A program made the translations under genes and the position numbers. From Histomonas meleagridis 2922-C6/04-290x (taxonomy: Eukaryota; Protista; Parabasalia): a stretch of DNA of 64,000 nucleotides. Below the pieces are notes generated by a model. The model had not been told where the DNA came from. It saw nothing but the letters and a program-made list of their open reading frames with translations, and ran no database searches. The stretch is from NCBI GenBank assembly GCA_020184695.1, contig JAANOX010000200.1, positions 1 through 64,000 of the forward strand. The letters run 5' to 3'. Below, one piece after another: positions 11,386-22,867 of the stretch. Within the stretch, counting starts at the first letter, position 1. The number at the start of each line of letters is the position of its first letter.

Positions 11386-13152
11386 ATGTCGAAAACGCGT
11401 CTTCCTTCTTTATTTCGCAATCTAGTAAAATTAACATTTGCTAGCCATACTGAGGTTTATACAATCCCAGAAATTGAAATTCCTGAAATGTCAAAAGGTT
11501 CGCCATTCATCTCAATGAATCCACCATTTTCAAAGATACCACTTTTACTGAAGAGCATGTACAAGCTCCATCTTGACTTAGGACGTCCCCTTTATTTAGA
11601 CAGTACACAATCATCAACTTTCAATTCTTTACTACAAATTGTTTCCCCATATTTTCAACTTTTAATTCCTACGTCTCTTCACTCACTTGCTTCAACTCAC
11701 TCATGGATTTCAATCAATCAACTTGAAACCACTCTTAATCCTGAAAATCTTTTTCTTTTAAAGCATATTATCTATCATTTCCGTATGCTTTTCAGGAGCA
11801 CAGACATATATACCAGTGAAGAAAACTCCAAAGCATTATGGAAAAAAATCATTGAAATGTTAATTCCAGTTAACATGCGGTGTAACAATCATTTCCCACT
11901 CATTGACTCATTTAATGATCCTGATGGCGAAATGTATGTTGCATATTTCTCATCCGATAACATCTACCTCAGCACGCTCAAATCGCAAATTTCGTCGTTG
12001 TGTTATTTTAACGGTCTCCAAAACGATAGCGGAAGTTACACAATTTCTTTTGTTTATAAGGATAACCTTATAATAGACACATTCAATACTAATAAGTATG
12101 AGATGTGGTCTGACTACACCTCGAAATCCGTTTCTTCACGTAATAACGTGGTTCAATATATCTGTTCATCATTTTCTTCAATACCATCTAACGTTCAATT
12201 AACACCAGAGTTTATCGACGCTTACCAAAAGATGATTCTTACTCATGATATGACCTTCATTATTCCGTTTTTCCAATGTATTCTTGAATCACCAAAATCA
12301 AAAGAACTCGCTCGTAGCCTTTGCGACATATACTCCAAAAACAATAGCATTTTCATTCTTTTCAAAATGATTGCATACTTCGAAATCTCATTTTTTGCAT
12401 CTACACCAACAGAAATCTTTCGACAAAACACAGTTTTCACTCAACTTATCACTGACTTCTTCAAACTAAAGCTCAAGAAGTTTATTGAGAACGGAATTAA
12501 TGTTGTTAAAACAGAAGTATCAAAACGCCCATTATTTGATTTTGACCATCCGAAAGAAGAAGACATTCAAATCATCGAGGAACTCCTCGACATTTTCTGG
12601 CGTGTCATGGATTCCAGTATTTCTTATATTCCCAAATCAATTCTTCAATTTCTCAGATATCTTCGAATGTTATGCGAGACCAAATTTGGTGACGAAAACT
12701 TAAATCATCGCGCACTGATTGGAGTCTTTTTGCTTAGGTTCATTGTTCCAAGTTTTTCATCTCCCGAAAATAATATGGTAAATGGGACCATTGACCAAAA
12801 TAGCTTTAGAAGGTCAATTGCGTTTTCTAAAGTGATTATGTCATTGTCGACATTGGAAATGAACTATACAAGAGTTGGCGATCGACAATTCCTGAATCCG
12901 ATATTCGAAAAACATATTCCAAAAATGGCATTGTTTTTGCAAAAAATATCAGAAGTGGACGAGGACGAAGTTATGGAAGATATAGACGAGAATAGAAATG
13001 TTGATATAAAAGATGCAATTAATGAAATCAGAGAATTCATCAGAGAAAATAGAAAGGAAATAGAAAAGAGAGCTGAAAAGGTCGGTAGTCTTCCTCCTCT
13101 TTTCTTGGTCGAAGCAATGTTCTCTCTTTTTGATACCGCTGTATCTGAATAA
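11386..13152 (+). CDS. RasGAP-domain protein
   Basis: IFRQNT arginine-finger-like motif and FLLRFIVPSFSSPE (FLRxxxPAxxxP-like). Confidence 0.75.
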   Translation: MSKTRLPSLFRNLVKLTFASHTEVYTIPEIEIPEMSKGSPFISMNPPFSKIPLLLKSMYKLHLDLGRPLYLDSTQSSTFNSLLQIVSPYFQLLIPTSLHSLASTHSWISINQLETTLNPENLFLLKHIIYHFRMLFRSTDIYTSEENSKALWKKIIEMLIPVNMRCNNHFPLIDSFNDPDGEMYVAYFSSDNIYLSTLKSQISSLCYFNGLQNDSGSYTISFVYKDNLIIDTFNTNKYEMWSDYTSKSVSSRNNVVQYICSSFSSIPSNVQLTPEFIDAYQKMILTHDMTFIIPFFQCILESPKSKELARSLCDIYSKNNSIFILFKMIAYFEISFFASTPTEIFRQNTVFTQLITDFFKLKLKKFIENGINVVKTEVSKRPLFDFDHPKEEDIQIIEELLDIFWRVMDSSISYIPKSILQFLRYLRMLCETKFGDENLNHRALIGVFLLRFIVPSFSSPENNMVNGTIDQNSFRRSIAFSKVIMSLSTLEMNYTRVGDRQFLNPIFEKHIPKMALFLQKISEVDEDEVMEDIDENRNVDIKDAINEIREFIRENRKEIEKRAEKVGSLPPLFLVEAMFSLFDTAVSE

Positions 13153-13593
13153 ATTAGTAACTGAACTCAGTAGAATCTGCTTTCATTGTGTTTGTGATTT
13201 CTCTTCAAGGGTAGCGCTGGATCTATTTTCTTGTCAGTGATCGGATAAATAAACGGCCGAAAATTGTACGTTAATTTCAAAATTCGCTGAAATGCAAAAG
13301 TACTTTAAGTTGTAAGTTGAAAATTGATTAAATCTCTGATTTAAGTGATATTGTTTGAATTTTATCATAAACCAAAAGATTATTTAGATGTGAAAAGCAA
13401 AACAATTAATTTTTCGATATTTGGATTTATATTATTATCATCAGCATTTCCACAATTTGCTATAATTATAGCTAATTACCCAATAGGCGACGAATAAGCA
13501 TCTTGACTGCTATTAATATATTTTTTTAAAAAATGAAACGTTCTTATGTGTTCTTTATTATGTTGAAGAAAATATTCTTTGGAATTTGTTTGT

Positions 13594-14637
13594 TTAGAGT
13601 TCCGATTTTGTTGATTGTTCTTCTTCTTTTGTTTGTTCAGGTTTCTCCATCGGAATAAATTGTTCGAATACATTGAGACGCTTCTTCATTCCATCAAGAG
13701 AAGCAAATGATCCTTTTCTTGATTCAAGGATTTTGCTCATTGTTTCGATATCTTTCTTGATTTGTTCTTGACCCTTTGCAATATATCTCTCCATAACCTT
13801 AACATAGAATTCAGCGCCAGAGACAGCCTTCATCTTTTCGACGAGAGGAGATTTGTCTTCTGCTGTTAAGAACTCTGCAACAATTGGTGCTGCGTCTTTG
13901 ATAAGTCCTGCTGCATCATTGAGGAGACCGTTAACGTCGCGCTCTGTTCCGCAGTTATCGTTGATGAAGTTCACAACCGATTCGGCGGTTCTTGATCCGC
14001 TGTAGTCGATCGTTTCTCCTTCCTTGAAGAGTTTGATGGTTGGGAACCCGTCAACGCCGTACTTGCTACAGATGTCTTTATACTTCTCACAATCTAATCT
14101 AGATACAACAATTTGTGGATCTGCTTGGAAAGCATTTGCAGCAATCTTGGCTTGTGGAAGAAAATGCTTGCAATGACCACACCATGGTGCAAAGAATGTG
14201 TTGAAAACACATTTGTGACTAGCAGTAACATTGTCAAAATTGAGTGGATTTAAATCTATGAGATATTGAGGTGGAAGTTTGGCTTTGATATTTGTGTAGT
14301 TTTCGACAAAGTTGCAAAATGATTCAACAGTACGAGATCCTTCAAATTCAATTCCGGTTTTTTCTTTTGCTTTATAGAGCATGATTGTTGGATATCCTTC
14401 AATTTTGAACTTTTTACAAATCTTTTTTTCTTCTAAGCAATTAACGCCTCCAAAAACAACGTCGTTGTAGGCATTTGCTGCTTCAGCAAAATCTTCTGCC
14501 ATCGCTCTACAATGTCCACATTGAGTACTGTAAAACTTAACCATAGCAGGACGATTTCCTCCAATTATTTGGTCAATGTTTTTAGATGTGATTTCCACAT
14601 ACTCTGCTAAAATGAATTGGACCAAGAAACAAAACAT
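13594..14637 (-). CDS. Protein disulfide isomerase (two thioredoxin domains + ERp29-like C-terminus)
   Basis: CGHC and WCGHC active sites, GYPTI/GFPTI, signal peptide from MFCFLVQ (14637) and C-terminal KSEL. Confidence 0.9.
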   Translation of the reverse strand: MFCFLVQFILAEYVEITSKNIDQIIGGNRPAMVKFYSTQCGHCRAMAEDFAEAANAYNDVVFGGVNCLEEKKICKKFKIEGYPTIMLYKAKEKTGIEFEGSRTVESFCNFVENYTNIKAKLPPQYLIDLNPLNFDNVTASHKCVFNTFFAPWCGHCKHFLPQAKIAANAFQADPQIVVSRLDCEKYKDICSKYGVDGFPTIKLFKEGETIDYSGSRTAESVVNFINDNCGTERDVNGLLNDAAGLIKDAAPIVAEFLTAEDKSPLVEKMKAVSGAEFYVKVMERYIAKGQEQIKKDIETMSKILESRKGSFASLDGMKKRLNVFEQFIPMEKPEQTKEEEQSTKSEL

Positions 14638-15291
14638 TTTTTGCGGGGAGGTTTTGGCGGTTTTGTTCCGGCCAAATATTTTCACTCGAAAACCATCGTT
14701 TTGTAAAATATACAAATTTGGAGAAAACAAAATTTTGGTTAAATTTTAATTACATAAAAGAAAGGAATATTTTATGTGATGAATTCTTTCCTTAAAGTAA
14801 TCACTTCATTGTTGATTAAATAAAATATTTATTGAGAAAGAAACATTGTATCATGATATTTACGTAATTCTATTTGATTTATTATTGCTTAGCAGAACAA
14901 AGATTTTCTAAGTGAAGTTTTTACTTGTTTAATGCATCATTTTTGTAAAAGTATAATCAAATTTCCGTCCTAATTTGCACTGTTCAATAGAACGATTCAA
15001 CAGACATGTCGCATTACAAGCTTTTTGTACATAGGCAAAATTTATATTTCGAATGAATAAACAAAAGGTTCATCCTGAGTCAATCAACATTTTTGACTCT
15101 GATCTTCAAAATATATAAAAATGCCAAAATCTAAATAAGAACAAAAATACCCCATCATGAAATCAATATATCTTCTAGTATATTGTATAATATATTTATA
15201 TGAATTTTTAATACTAAATAAAAACAATAATATATCGAAAATACTTTGAATGATATCGATGGAAATTTGATAACTTTATTTTAAATCTACT

Positions 15292-18033
15292 TTGGGGGGT
15301 CAACAAAGCTCTAATTCCACAAAAAAATCAAGCCAAAAGAAATCAAATTTAAATACACCTAATAAAGCCATTGCCACTTTGAAAATACCGAATGGAATTC
15401 AAGAATGTTTTAACAAATTGCAAACGATCGAAACCATTATTTTTGATTTGAACCAAGAAAACATATCATCGTCATCAAATTTAGTTATGGGTTTATATGA
15501 AAATAATTTTCCTTATTCTTTTAATCTAGTTATTAGTCAATTAATTTATATATCATTTGTTTCACAAAAGAAAGAATTCAATATTTATTACCACTTTATG
15601 AAAAAAATTCAAAAGAAAGAAGAAAAAACTAATAAAAATAAACATAAGCTTATTGATATTTTTATAACAACAATTCTTAAAAAGAATACTCAAGAATCAT
15701 TTTATCTTCTAGAAAAATTTATTGAAAAAAAATATATTAATCCAAAAATTATACATTATGTATGTAAAAAATCATTAAACTTTATACATTATTTAAAAGA
15801 AATAGATATAAAAAATATCAATTCTAATTTACCGTTTTCAAAATATTTTATTGAACATTATGAAGAACTATCAAAGAATAATTGGGAACTTCATAAACAA
15901 TTAATTAAAGAAGGAGTAAATCCAAATGAAATCTCAAAAATAATCCGAAATGATGAAGTTGAAAATCTTCAAGAAATAGCGGCAAATGAAGAATTTGATT
16001 ATAATCAAATTATTAAACCATCGCCATATGAAAGATGTACATTTATTAATAAAGAAGAAGTTTCATTAATTGATTATGCAGCATTTTTTGGATCAGTAAA
16101 ATGTTTTAAATTTTTATTACTTAATAATGCTAAAGTAAGTCAAACGTGTAAATATGCAGTTGCAGGTGGAAATCTTGAAATCATTCATTTATGTGAACAA
16201 AATCATTCATCATTTGGAAATACATTTGATGTTACAGTTCAATTTCATCGAAATGATGTATTCCATTATCTATATGAAAATCAAATATACAAAACTGAAG
16301 ATTTAACTTTGATGCTAAAGAATTGTATAACATATTATAATTATGAACTTTTTTTGTTTTTGTTTGAGAAAAATTTGAAATTGTCTATTTCATACTTATA
16401 TGAATTTGCAAAAATAGGGAATTTATTTATTGTTAAACCTTTTATTGATGAAAACCAAATATTTGATGAAATTTTGACTTATTTTTCAGAATCAGGAAAT
16501 ATTGAACTTGTAGAGTATATTTTAAATCAAAAAATAATTGATATTAATGCTAAAACTATTAAATACTTTTATTTATTGTATATTGTAATAATTTGCGATT
16601 TTAAAATAATATTTGGAAATATTTTAAAATATTTAATACAGCACTTATTTTGGCATCAGCATATGGTCACGTAGAAATGGTCAAATTACTTCTTGAACAA
16701 AAAGGAATTGATATTAATGCGAAAAATAATATTTGCTCAAGTATTTCCTTATTTTCAAATAATATTTGGAAATTATTTAAATTATTGAATACAGCACTTA
16801 TTTTTGCATCTTTAAATGGTCATACAGAAATAGTTAAACTACTTCTTGAACAAAAAGGAATTGATATTAATGCTAAAAATATTTGTTTGTTTAATTTGAT
16901 GTTAATTTAAATAATTTTGGACAGCACTTATGTTTGCATCAAAAAATGGTCATACAGAAATAGTTAAATTACTTCTTGAACAGGAAGGAATTGATATTAA
17001 TATTAAAGATATTTATTTGTTTTATTTTATATTTATTTTAATAATTTTGGAATATTTCAAAATAATATTTGGAAATTATTTAAATTATTTAAAACAACAC
17101 TTATGATAGCATCTGAATATGGTCATACAGAAATCGTTAAATTACTTCTTGAACAAGAAGGAATTGATATTAATGTTAAAGGTATTTATTTCTTTTATTT
17201 AAAATTTGTTTTAAAAATTTAATATTTCGAAATAATATTTGGAATTTATTTAAATTATTTGAAACAGCACTTATAAAAGCATATGAAAATAGAAACATTG
17301 AAATAGTTAAATTACTTCTTGAACAGGAAGGAATTGATATTAATGCTAAAGATATTTATTTCTTTTATTTTGGATTTATTTTAATAATTTAATATTTCAA
17401 AATAATATTTGGAAATTATTACAAAAATTTAAAACAGCACTTATAAAAGCATCTTTTTATGGTCATACAGAAATAGTTAAATTACTTCTTGAACAAGAAG
17501 GAATTGATATTAATGCTAAAGATATTTATTTGTTTTATTTGATATTTATTTTAATAATTTTGGATAACAAAATAATATTTGAAAATTATTTAAATTATTT
17601 AATACAGCACTTATTTTGGCATCTGAAAATGGTCATACAGAAATAGTTAAATTACTTCTTGAACAGGAAGGAATTGATATTAATGCTAAAGATATTTATT
17701 TGTTTTATTTGATATTTATTTTAATAATTTTATATTTCAAAATAATATTTGGAAATTATTGAAATTATTTAAAACAGCACTTATTTTAGCATCTGTAAAA
17801 GGTCATACAGAAATAGTTAAATTACTTCTTGAACAAGAAGGAATTGATATTAATGCTAAAGATATTTATTTGTTTTATTTGATATTTATTTTAATAATTT
17901 AATATTTCGAAATAATATTTGGAAATTATTACAAAAATTTAAAACAGCACTTATGTATGCTTCTGAAAAAGGTTACACAGAAATAGTTAAATTACTTCAT
18001 GAAAAAGAAGGAAATGATATAAACACCAAATAA
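15292..18033 (+). CDS. DUF3447-type ankyrin-repeat gene A; loops interrupted by 33 17-nt spacers (726 aa after removal)
   Basis: LIDYAAFFGSVKCFKFL...YAVAGGNLEII N-terminal domain, then 9 stop-free TALxxAxxxGHTEIVKLLLEQEGIDINAKD-type blocks at a mostly 170-nt period. (2742 - 33x17)/3 = 727 codons. The start codon here is TTG. Confidence 0.8.
16558..17940 (+). other. Array of 17-nt ATTT...ATTT spacers separating single codons (locus A)
   Basis: Example: GAT 17691 | 17 nt | GAT 17711 | 17 nt | TAT 17731 | 17 nt | GGA 17751 | 17 nt | AAA 17771 | ACA GCA CTT = D-D-Y-G-K-T-A-L. Confidence 0.9.
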
Positions 18034-20186
18034 AAATATTTATAGTAGCTCAATGGTTCCTCAAAATTTAGTTCTATATGTATTGATTTTTAAATATTTC
18101 CATTAAAAAGACAAAATCACTTATATTAAAATTATGCAAGATGCTTCGGATGTTTTTCATATTATTTATTCAGTACGAAAATGTACAATATTTCTCTGCA
18201 CTTTTATTGTAAACTAATTGTCTATTAAGGGTCTACTCCTATTGTAAAAAATTCATACGTTAAGGAGTATACAATTTTCTGAGGTTATCTGGTGAAGTGA
18301 GAAAAAAACATCAATATTTCTAATTTTTCTCTAAATGCATTAAATAATTTTAAACTAAAAGTAATTTCCGCACAACTTCAGACAAATGCCTATTTGAAAA
18401 TATATTCGAATTAAAAATCAAAAATTTAGAATATCAAAAAAATTAGCGTTTATTTTTTTCATTTTTCAAATTTTTTCATTAATTCGATAATTTTTATATA
18501 AAAATATTCGAATTTTTCTTAGATATTTATATTTATAAAACATAAAGAAGCATATATTCATTGATATTATTTTGAAGAAATTTTATCAATAATTTTCTAG
18601 TGAAATTTGACATACAATTTTTAGTGTGAGATCTGAAGTGGAGTTCTTTTAAACGCAAAATATTCTTTCAATAAAATATAATTATCAAAAAATAATTGAT
18701 ATAATTTTATAGTACTCAGTTTGAATGTGTGCGGAAATGTGTTTATATTATTTAGTTTTTAATAGTTACAAAGTTCTGTAATCATTATTACATAAATCGA
18801 TTTGAAAGATTTTCACCTCGAAATTTTTTTTCGAAATTTTATCCTTGATATCTATATTCATGATGCAATATATACTTGCTTTATAGTAATACGTTTTCGT
18901 GGAAGTTATTATTGTTAATCATGAGATATTTATATTTTAAAATTTTATCAGTTTATTTCGAAAAATTAAATGCTTTACGAATGTAATGTAATTTATTATA
19001 TATAAATTAATTAATCCATTAATAATGTATTATTCATTTTCTAATTTCATTGAAGATGAAATTTCATCTATAAGTGATTGCCATGGCAAAACGAAATCTC
19101 TATTCGAAACACTTAACAATGTATCTTGCAAATATCTATAAAAGTCATCAAACATGGAGCTTTGGAACAGCATATTTAAGTCAACTAATTGGAAAATGTG
19201 TCTAATTCCATAAATACAATCTTCGTCGTTAAGGTAATCATTTGATATTATAATATCAAAAAGGTTGATTCAATTCGGCATTAAAGTGTAAACAAAATTG
19301 AACCTTAAACACCTTATTTCAGTAAAAATTTAATTCAAGATATTACAACAAGTTCGAATTTTAAAAATTTTTTGAATCTTGCTTTTTATTCCAAGTCAAC
19401 TCAATTTCATCAATAATTGACCAAATTATAATTGAAAATTTTAATTCAAAATATTCTATGTGTAATCTCATTTTTTATTATATATTGATTTGATGTCTAG
19501 TCATTGTATTGCATCAAAAATACATAAGATTAACAGAGAATTTAATGGTGATCATAAAAATTAATAATTATTTTAATTTTTTATTTATGATAGGCTTAAA
19601 ATAATTAACAAATTTGTTATCCGAATATTTACTTAATTATATTCTAAAAAAACATATTGTACAAAAAGACTGCGATCTATTTAAACAAGTTTTATTATTA
19701 TTTTATAAATATCTTCAATGTTTATCGAAATATGAACGAAAGATTTTTTTTCATTTTTCGGTTTAATTCAAAAAGTGAAATCTGATCGTAAGTGGAATTT
19801 AACTCATTTACTCTATCTGCCGAACCATATCCGAATAAAGTTAATCCTAAATTGGCAAATGATTGAGTAAATTCGCAAAATGAATCAAATGAAGAATTAC
19901 AAATTGCTGCTAGTAAAATATTTTCTGAATATTTTGGATAATACAGAAATGTTATTTTTATCTTTATCTTTTGCAACATCGCCAATGCTTTTATTTACAT
20001 AATTTATATTAATCGCTTTACATTGTAATATTTTCTGGTGAAAAATTCTTGAATAATTTCTCTTGGAATTTAGTAAGTCAATGATTTTACCGGGAAAACG
20101 AAAAAGCATTGGTATGTTTTATATATTTGTGATTGATAATTAAGGAAAGAACGATCAAAACCGTCTAATTATCTTAGTCTGCCCCA

Positions 20187-20765
20187 ATGAATACACTTAA
20201 AGTTGTTTTTGTTGGGGATACACAAGTAGGAAAAAGTTGTGTTATCGAAAGGTTTGTAAATCGAAAATTTAAACTCAATCCAACAGCAACAATTGGTGCG
20301 GCATTTCAAACACAAATTTTAGAAACACCAAACGGATCAGTGAAATTACAAATTTGGGATACTGCTGGCCAAGAGAAGTATCGTTCGTTGGCACCAATGT
20401 ATTTTCGATCAGCTGACGTTGCAATATTATGTTATGATACCACAAATATGGAGAGTTTTGAATCTCTTGATAGCTGGACAAGCGATCTAGCTCAAAAGGC
20501 ACCTGTACAGATGAAGTTATTAATGGTTGGGAATAAAATTGATCTTGAAGATGAAAGAGTTATTCCGATTGAAAAAGCAAAACTCTACGCTGAACAGCAC
20601 AATGCCATATATATGGAAACGTCAGCAAAAACAGGGGATGGAATTGATGAAATGTTCCGTTATATCGCTGAAAATTGTGTCGAACAAAATAAAATCAGAG
20701 AATTTAGAGAGCAAATACCAGAGAAACCCATCAGTAATCAAACCACCAAAGAGGGTTGTTGCTAA
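20187..20765 (+). CDS. Rab small GTPase
   Basis: GDTQVGKS, WDTAGQEKY, GNKID, ETSAK and a C-terminal CC prenylation motif. Confidence 0.95.
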   Translation: MNTLKVVFVGDTQVGKSCVIERFVNRKFKLNPTATIGAAFQTQILETPNGSVKLQIWDTAGQEKYRSLAPMYFRSADVAILCYDTTNMESFESLDSWTSDLAQKAPVQMKLLMVGNKIDLEDERVIPIEKAKLYAEQHNAIYMETSAKTGDGIDEMFRYIAENCVEQNKIREFREQIPEKPISNQTTKEGCC

Positions 20766-20878
20766 ATTAATCTATAATAAAAAATGTTTTTCTTGAAATT
20801 ATTTTTACAACGAAATAATTTGAATGAAAAAAATTTGACATTTCTGTTATCTCACAATTTTTTGCAATCCGACTACAA

Positions 20879-21664
20879 ATGGAAACAAAACTACGCAGAT
20901 TATTCAATCAAGCATGTGACGAATTTGAATTAATAAGCAAGGGTGATCGCGTTTTGGTTGGCCTTTCCGGAGGAAAAGATTCTCTTACACTTGTTCATTT
21001 TTTATCATTATTAGCAAAAGAAAAACCAGGAACATTTCATATTATTGCTGCTTTCATACGTTTTACAAATCTTCCTTATACTGTTGATTTACCCTACATG
21101 CAAACATTTTGCGATGAAAGAAATGTTGAATTTCATATTGTTGAAGATCAAATTAGAGAAGGTCATATGACCATGCAAAGTGGCACATGTATTCACTGTT
21201 CCAGATATCGGCGCGCAAAGTTAATGGAACTTGCAAATGTTTATAAATGCAATAAACTTGCCTTAGGTCACCACCTTGATGACATTATAGCAACTCTTTT
21301 AATGAATATGTCTCAACACGGACGCTTTGGTGGCATGGCAGTTAAGTTACAAATCAGTGTTGGTGAAACAAATTATCCACTAACAATGATTCGTCCATTA
21401 GCACTTATTCCTGAAAATGATATTCGGTCTTTTATCAAAGAGAAAAATTTCCATCCTGAACAATGCCGATGTCCATGGGGAGATTCCGGATACAGAGGTA
21501 AAACAAGGGATGTCGTTGATTTCCTTTGCAAAGATGACGAGTCAATAAGAATGAACTTGTTCAGGTCTCAATTTAACATCAATGAAAAACATATCGAAAA
21601 GGAGAAAGAAGCAATTGATATAGAAGACACACCAATAAACACCGGAAATTGTTATTCGAAGTAA
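20879..21664 (+). CDS. PP-loop tRNA thiolase, TtcA-like
   Basis: SGGKDS PP-loop, CIHCSRYRR, GHHLDD, IRPL and a second Cys pair (CRCP). Confidence 0.8.
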   Translation: METKLRRLFNQACDEFELISKGDRVLVGLSGGKDSLTLVHFLSLLAKEKPGTFHIIAAFIRFTNLPYTVDLPYMQTFCDERNVEFHIVEDQIREGHMTMQSGTCIHCSRYRRAKLMELANVYKCNKLALGHHLDDIIATLLMNMSQHGRFGGMAVKLQISVGETNYPLTMIRPLALIPENDIRSFIKEKNFHPEQCRCPWGDSGYRGKTRDVVDFLCKDDESIRMNLFRSQFNINEKHIEKEKEAIDIEDTPINTGNCYSK

Positions 21665-21879
21665 ATAATATTAATTGCATTTTTTGAACAAATATGAAAT
21701 TTGATATAATAGAATCTGATGAAAATAAGAGATGTGAAAAGATTCGCGTGATCAAACATTTCTTTTTTGCATTTGTGTCTCTTTTCTTAATAAGTTTGAG
21801 TTGCTGAAGGAATTACTCAGTTCCATTTGGCAAAACAAAAAAAAATTCTTTTTAATAAACTATTCAAATCTTATATGGA

Positions 21880-22542
21880 ATGATAGAAGAAATAAAATTT
21901 AAGATCACTGAAATTAAGGAAAAATTAGAAAAACTTAAGACAGATCATGACTATGTATTTGGTGATTTTAATAGATCTACTGACAAAATTCGACAAATTA
22001 GAAATGATTCATTAATAGCATATGCAGATTTTAAAAAGAAATCTGCAGAATTATCGCATGAAGGAGAAATATATGCTATTGAAAACGACTACCAAGATAA
22101 AGACACTGAAATCACAAAGCAAATAGTTAAATTTATAGCTTTCAAATACAGTATCCTTAAAAATGAATTTCCTGAAATTGCACAATACTTTGAACAGAGC
22201 AGCAGCGAACTTAATTTCTATCAAAACATTAATCAATATCAAAGTAATAACTCTCCTCATTTCAATTTGCAAAGAGTAAATTTATCAGAATCAGAACTCG
22301 GTGAACTTCTTGAAAAGGATAATGCAGAATGGGTTATTCAAAATGGCAGACTCACTAATGGGAATGTTGAAATTTCCAACGGAACAAATGTAAATCTCAA
22401 ATACAACGCATCAAACATGTATTCAGGAATTATACAAATCGACTCAACGAATAGGATAACATTCAATACTGAAGGTGGAAAATCAATATACATTCCTCTC
22501 GTTAGCCTTAACATTGGCATTGTCGTAATAGAAAAACAATAA
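21880..22542 (+). CDS. Hypothetical protein with N-terminal coiled coil
   Basis: 220-aa ORF; no recognised family motif. Confidence 0.55.
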   Translation: MIEEIKFKITEIKEKLEKLKTDHDYVFGDFNRSTDKIRQIRNDSLIAYADFKKKSAELSHEGEIYAIENDYQDKDTEITKQIVKFIAFKYSILKNEFPEIAQYFEQSSSELNFYQNINQYQSNNSPHFNLQRVNLSESELGELLEKDNAEWVIQNGRLTNGNVEISNGTNVNLKYNASNMYSGIIQIDSTNRITFNTEGGKSIYIPLVSLNIGIVVIEKQ

Positions 22543-22867
22543 AAATTTTTAGAAAACATTTTTATGTGTTACTCAAAATAAAATGTGATTTAATTGGTAA
22601 TAATTATTAAAATTTGCTCAAATTCAAACTCAAATTCCAAAGTGAGGTCGTTTTATTTAGATACATTTAAATGGTTAAATGTTTGTGATAAAAAAATCTG
22701 AAAGTAATTAAAGCGCATGTTTTGGATATATTCTTTTTTGAAGAAAATGATATGAGAAAACTGTTTTAATACCAATTGGATTCTTGAATTAGTATTTGTG
22801 TAATGTGTGTACAATGTTGAAATTAAATATAAAAATGTTTCAAAATTCTTTTTTGAGATGATTTTTA

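Noticed and set aside
15292-15294. TTG start of MGGQQSS (myristoylation-like) as a non-AUG initiation system
   Set aside because: Single instance; could be a point mutation or sequencing error. Cannot be supported without reads.
16558-17940. Each 80-nt block as one conventional spliceosomal intron
   Set aside because: No conserved GT or AG ends and no ACTAAC motif. Single-gap removal cannot supply the conserved Gly, whereas the 4x17 parse restores DxxGxT in register.
18100-20100. Short ORFs in the AT-rich interval (19722-19985, 19897-20109)
   Set aside because: Fragmentary, with no recognisable motif or start context; possibly decayed gene remnants but unsupported.
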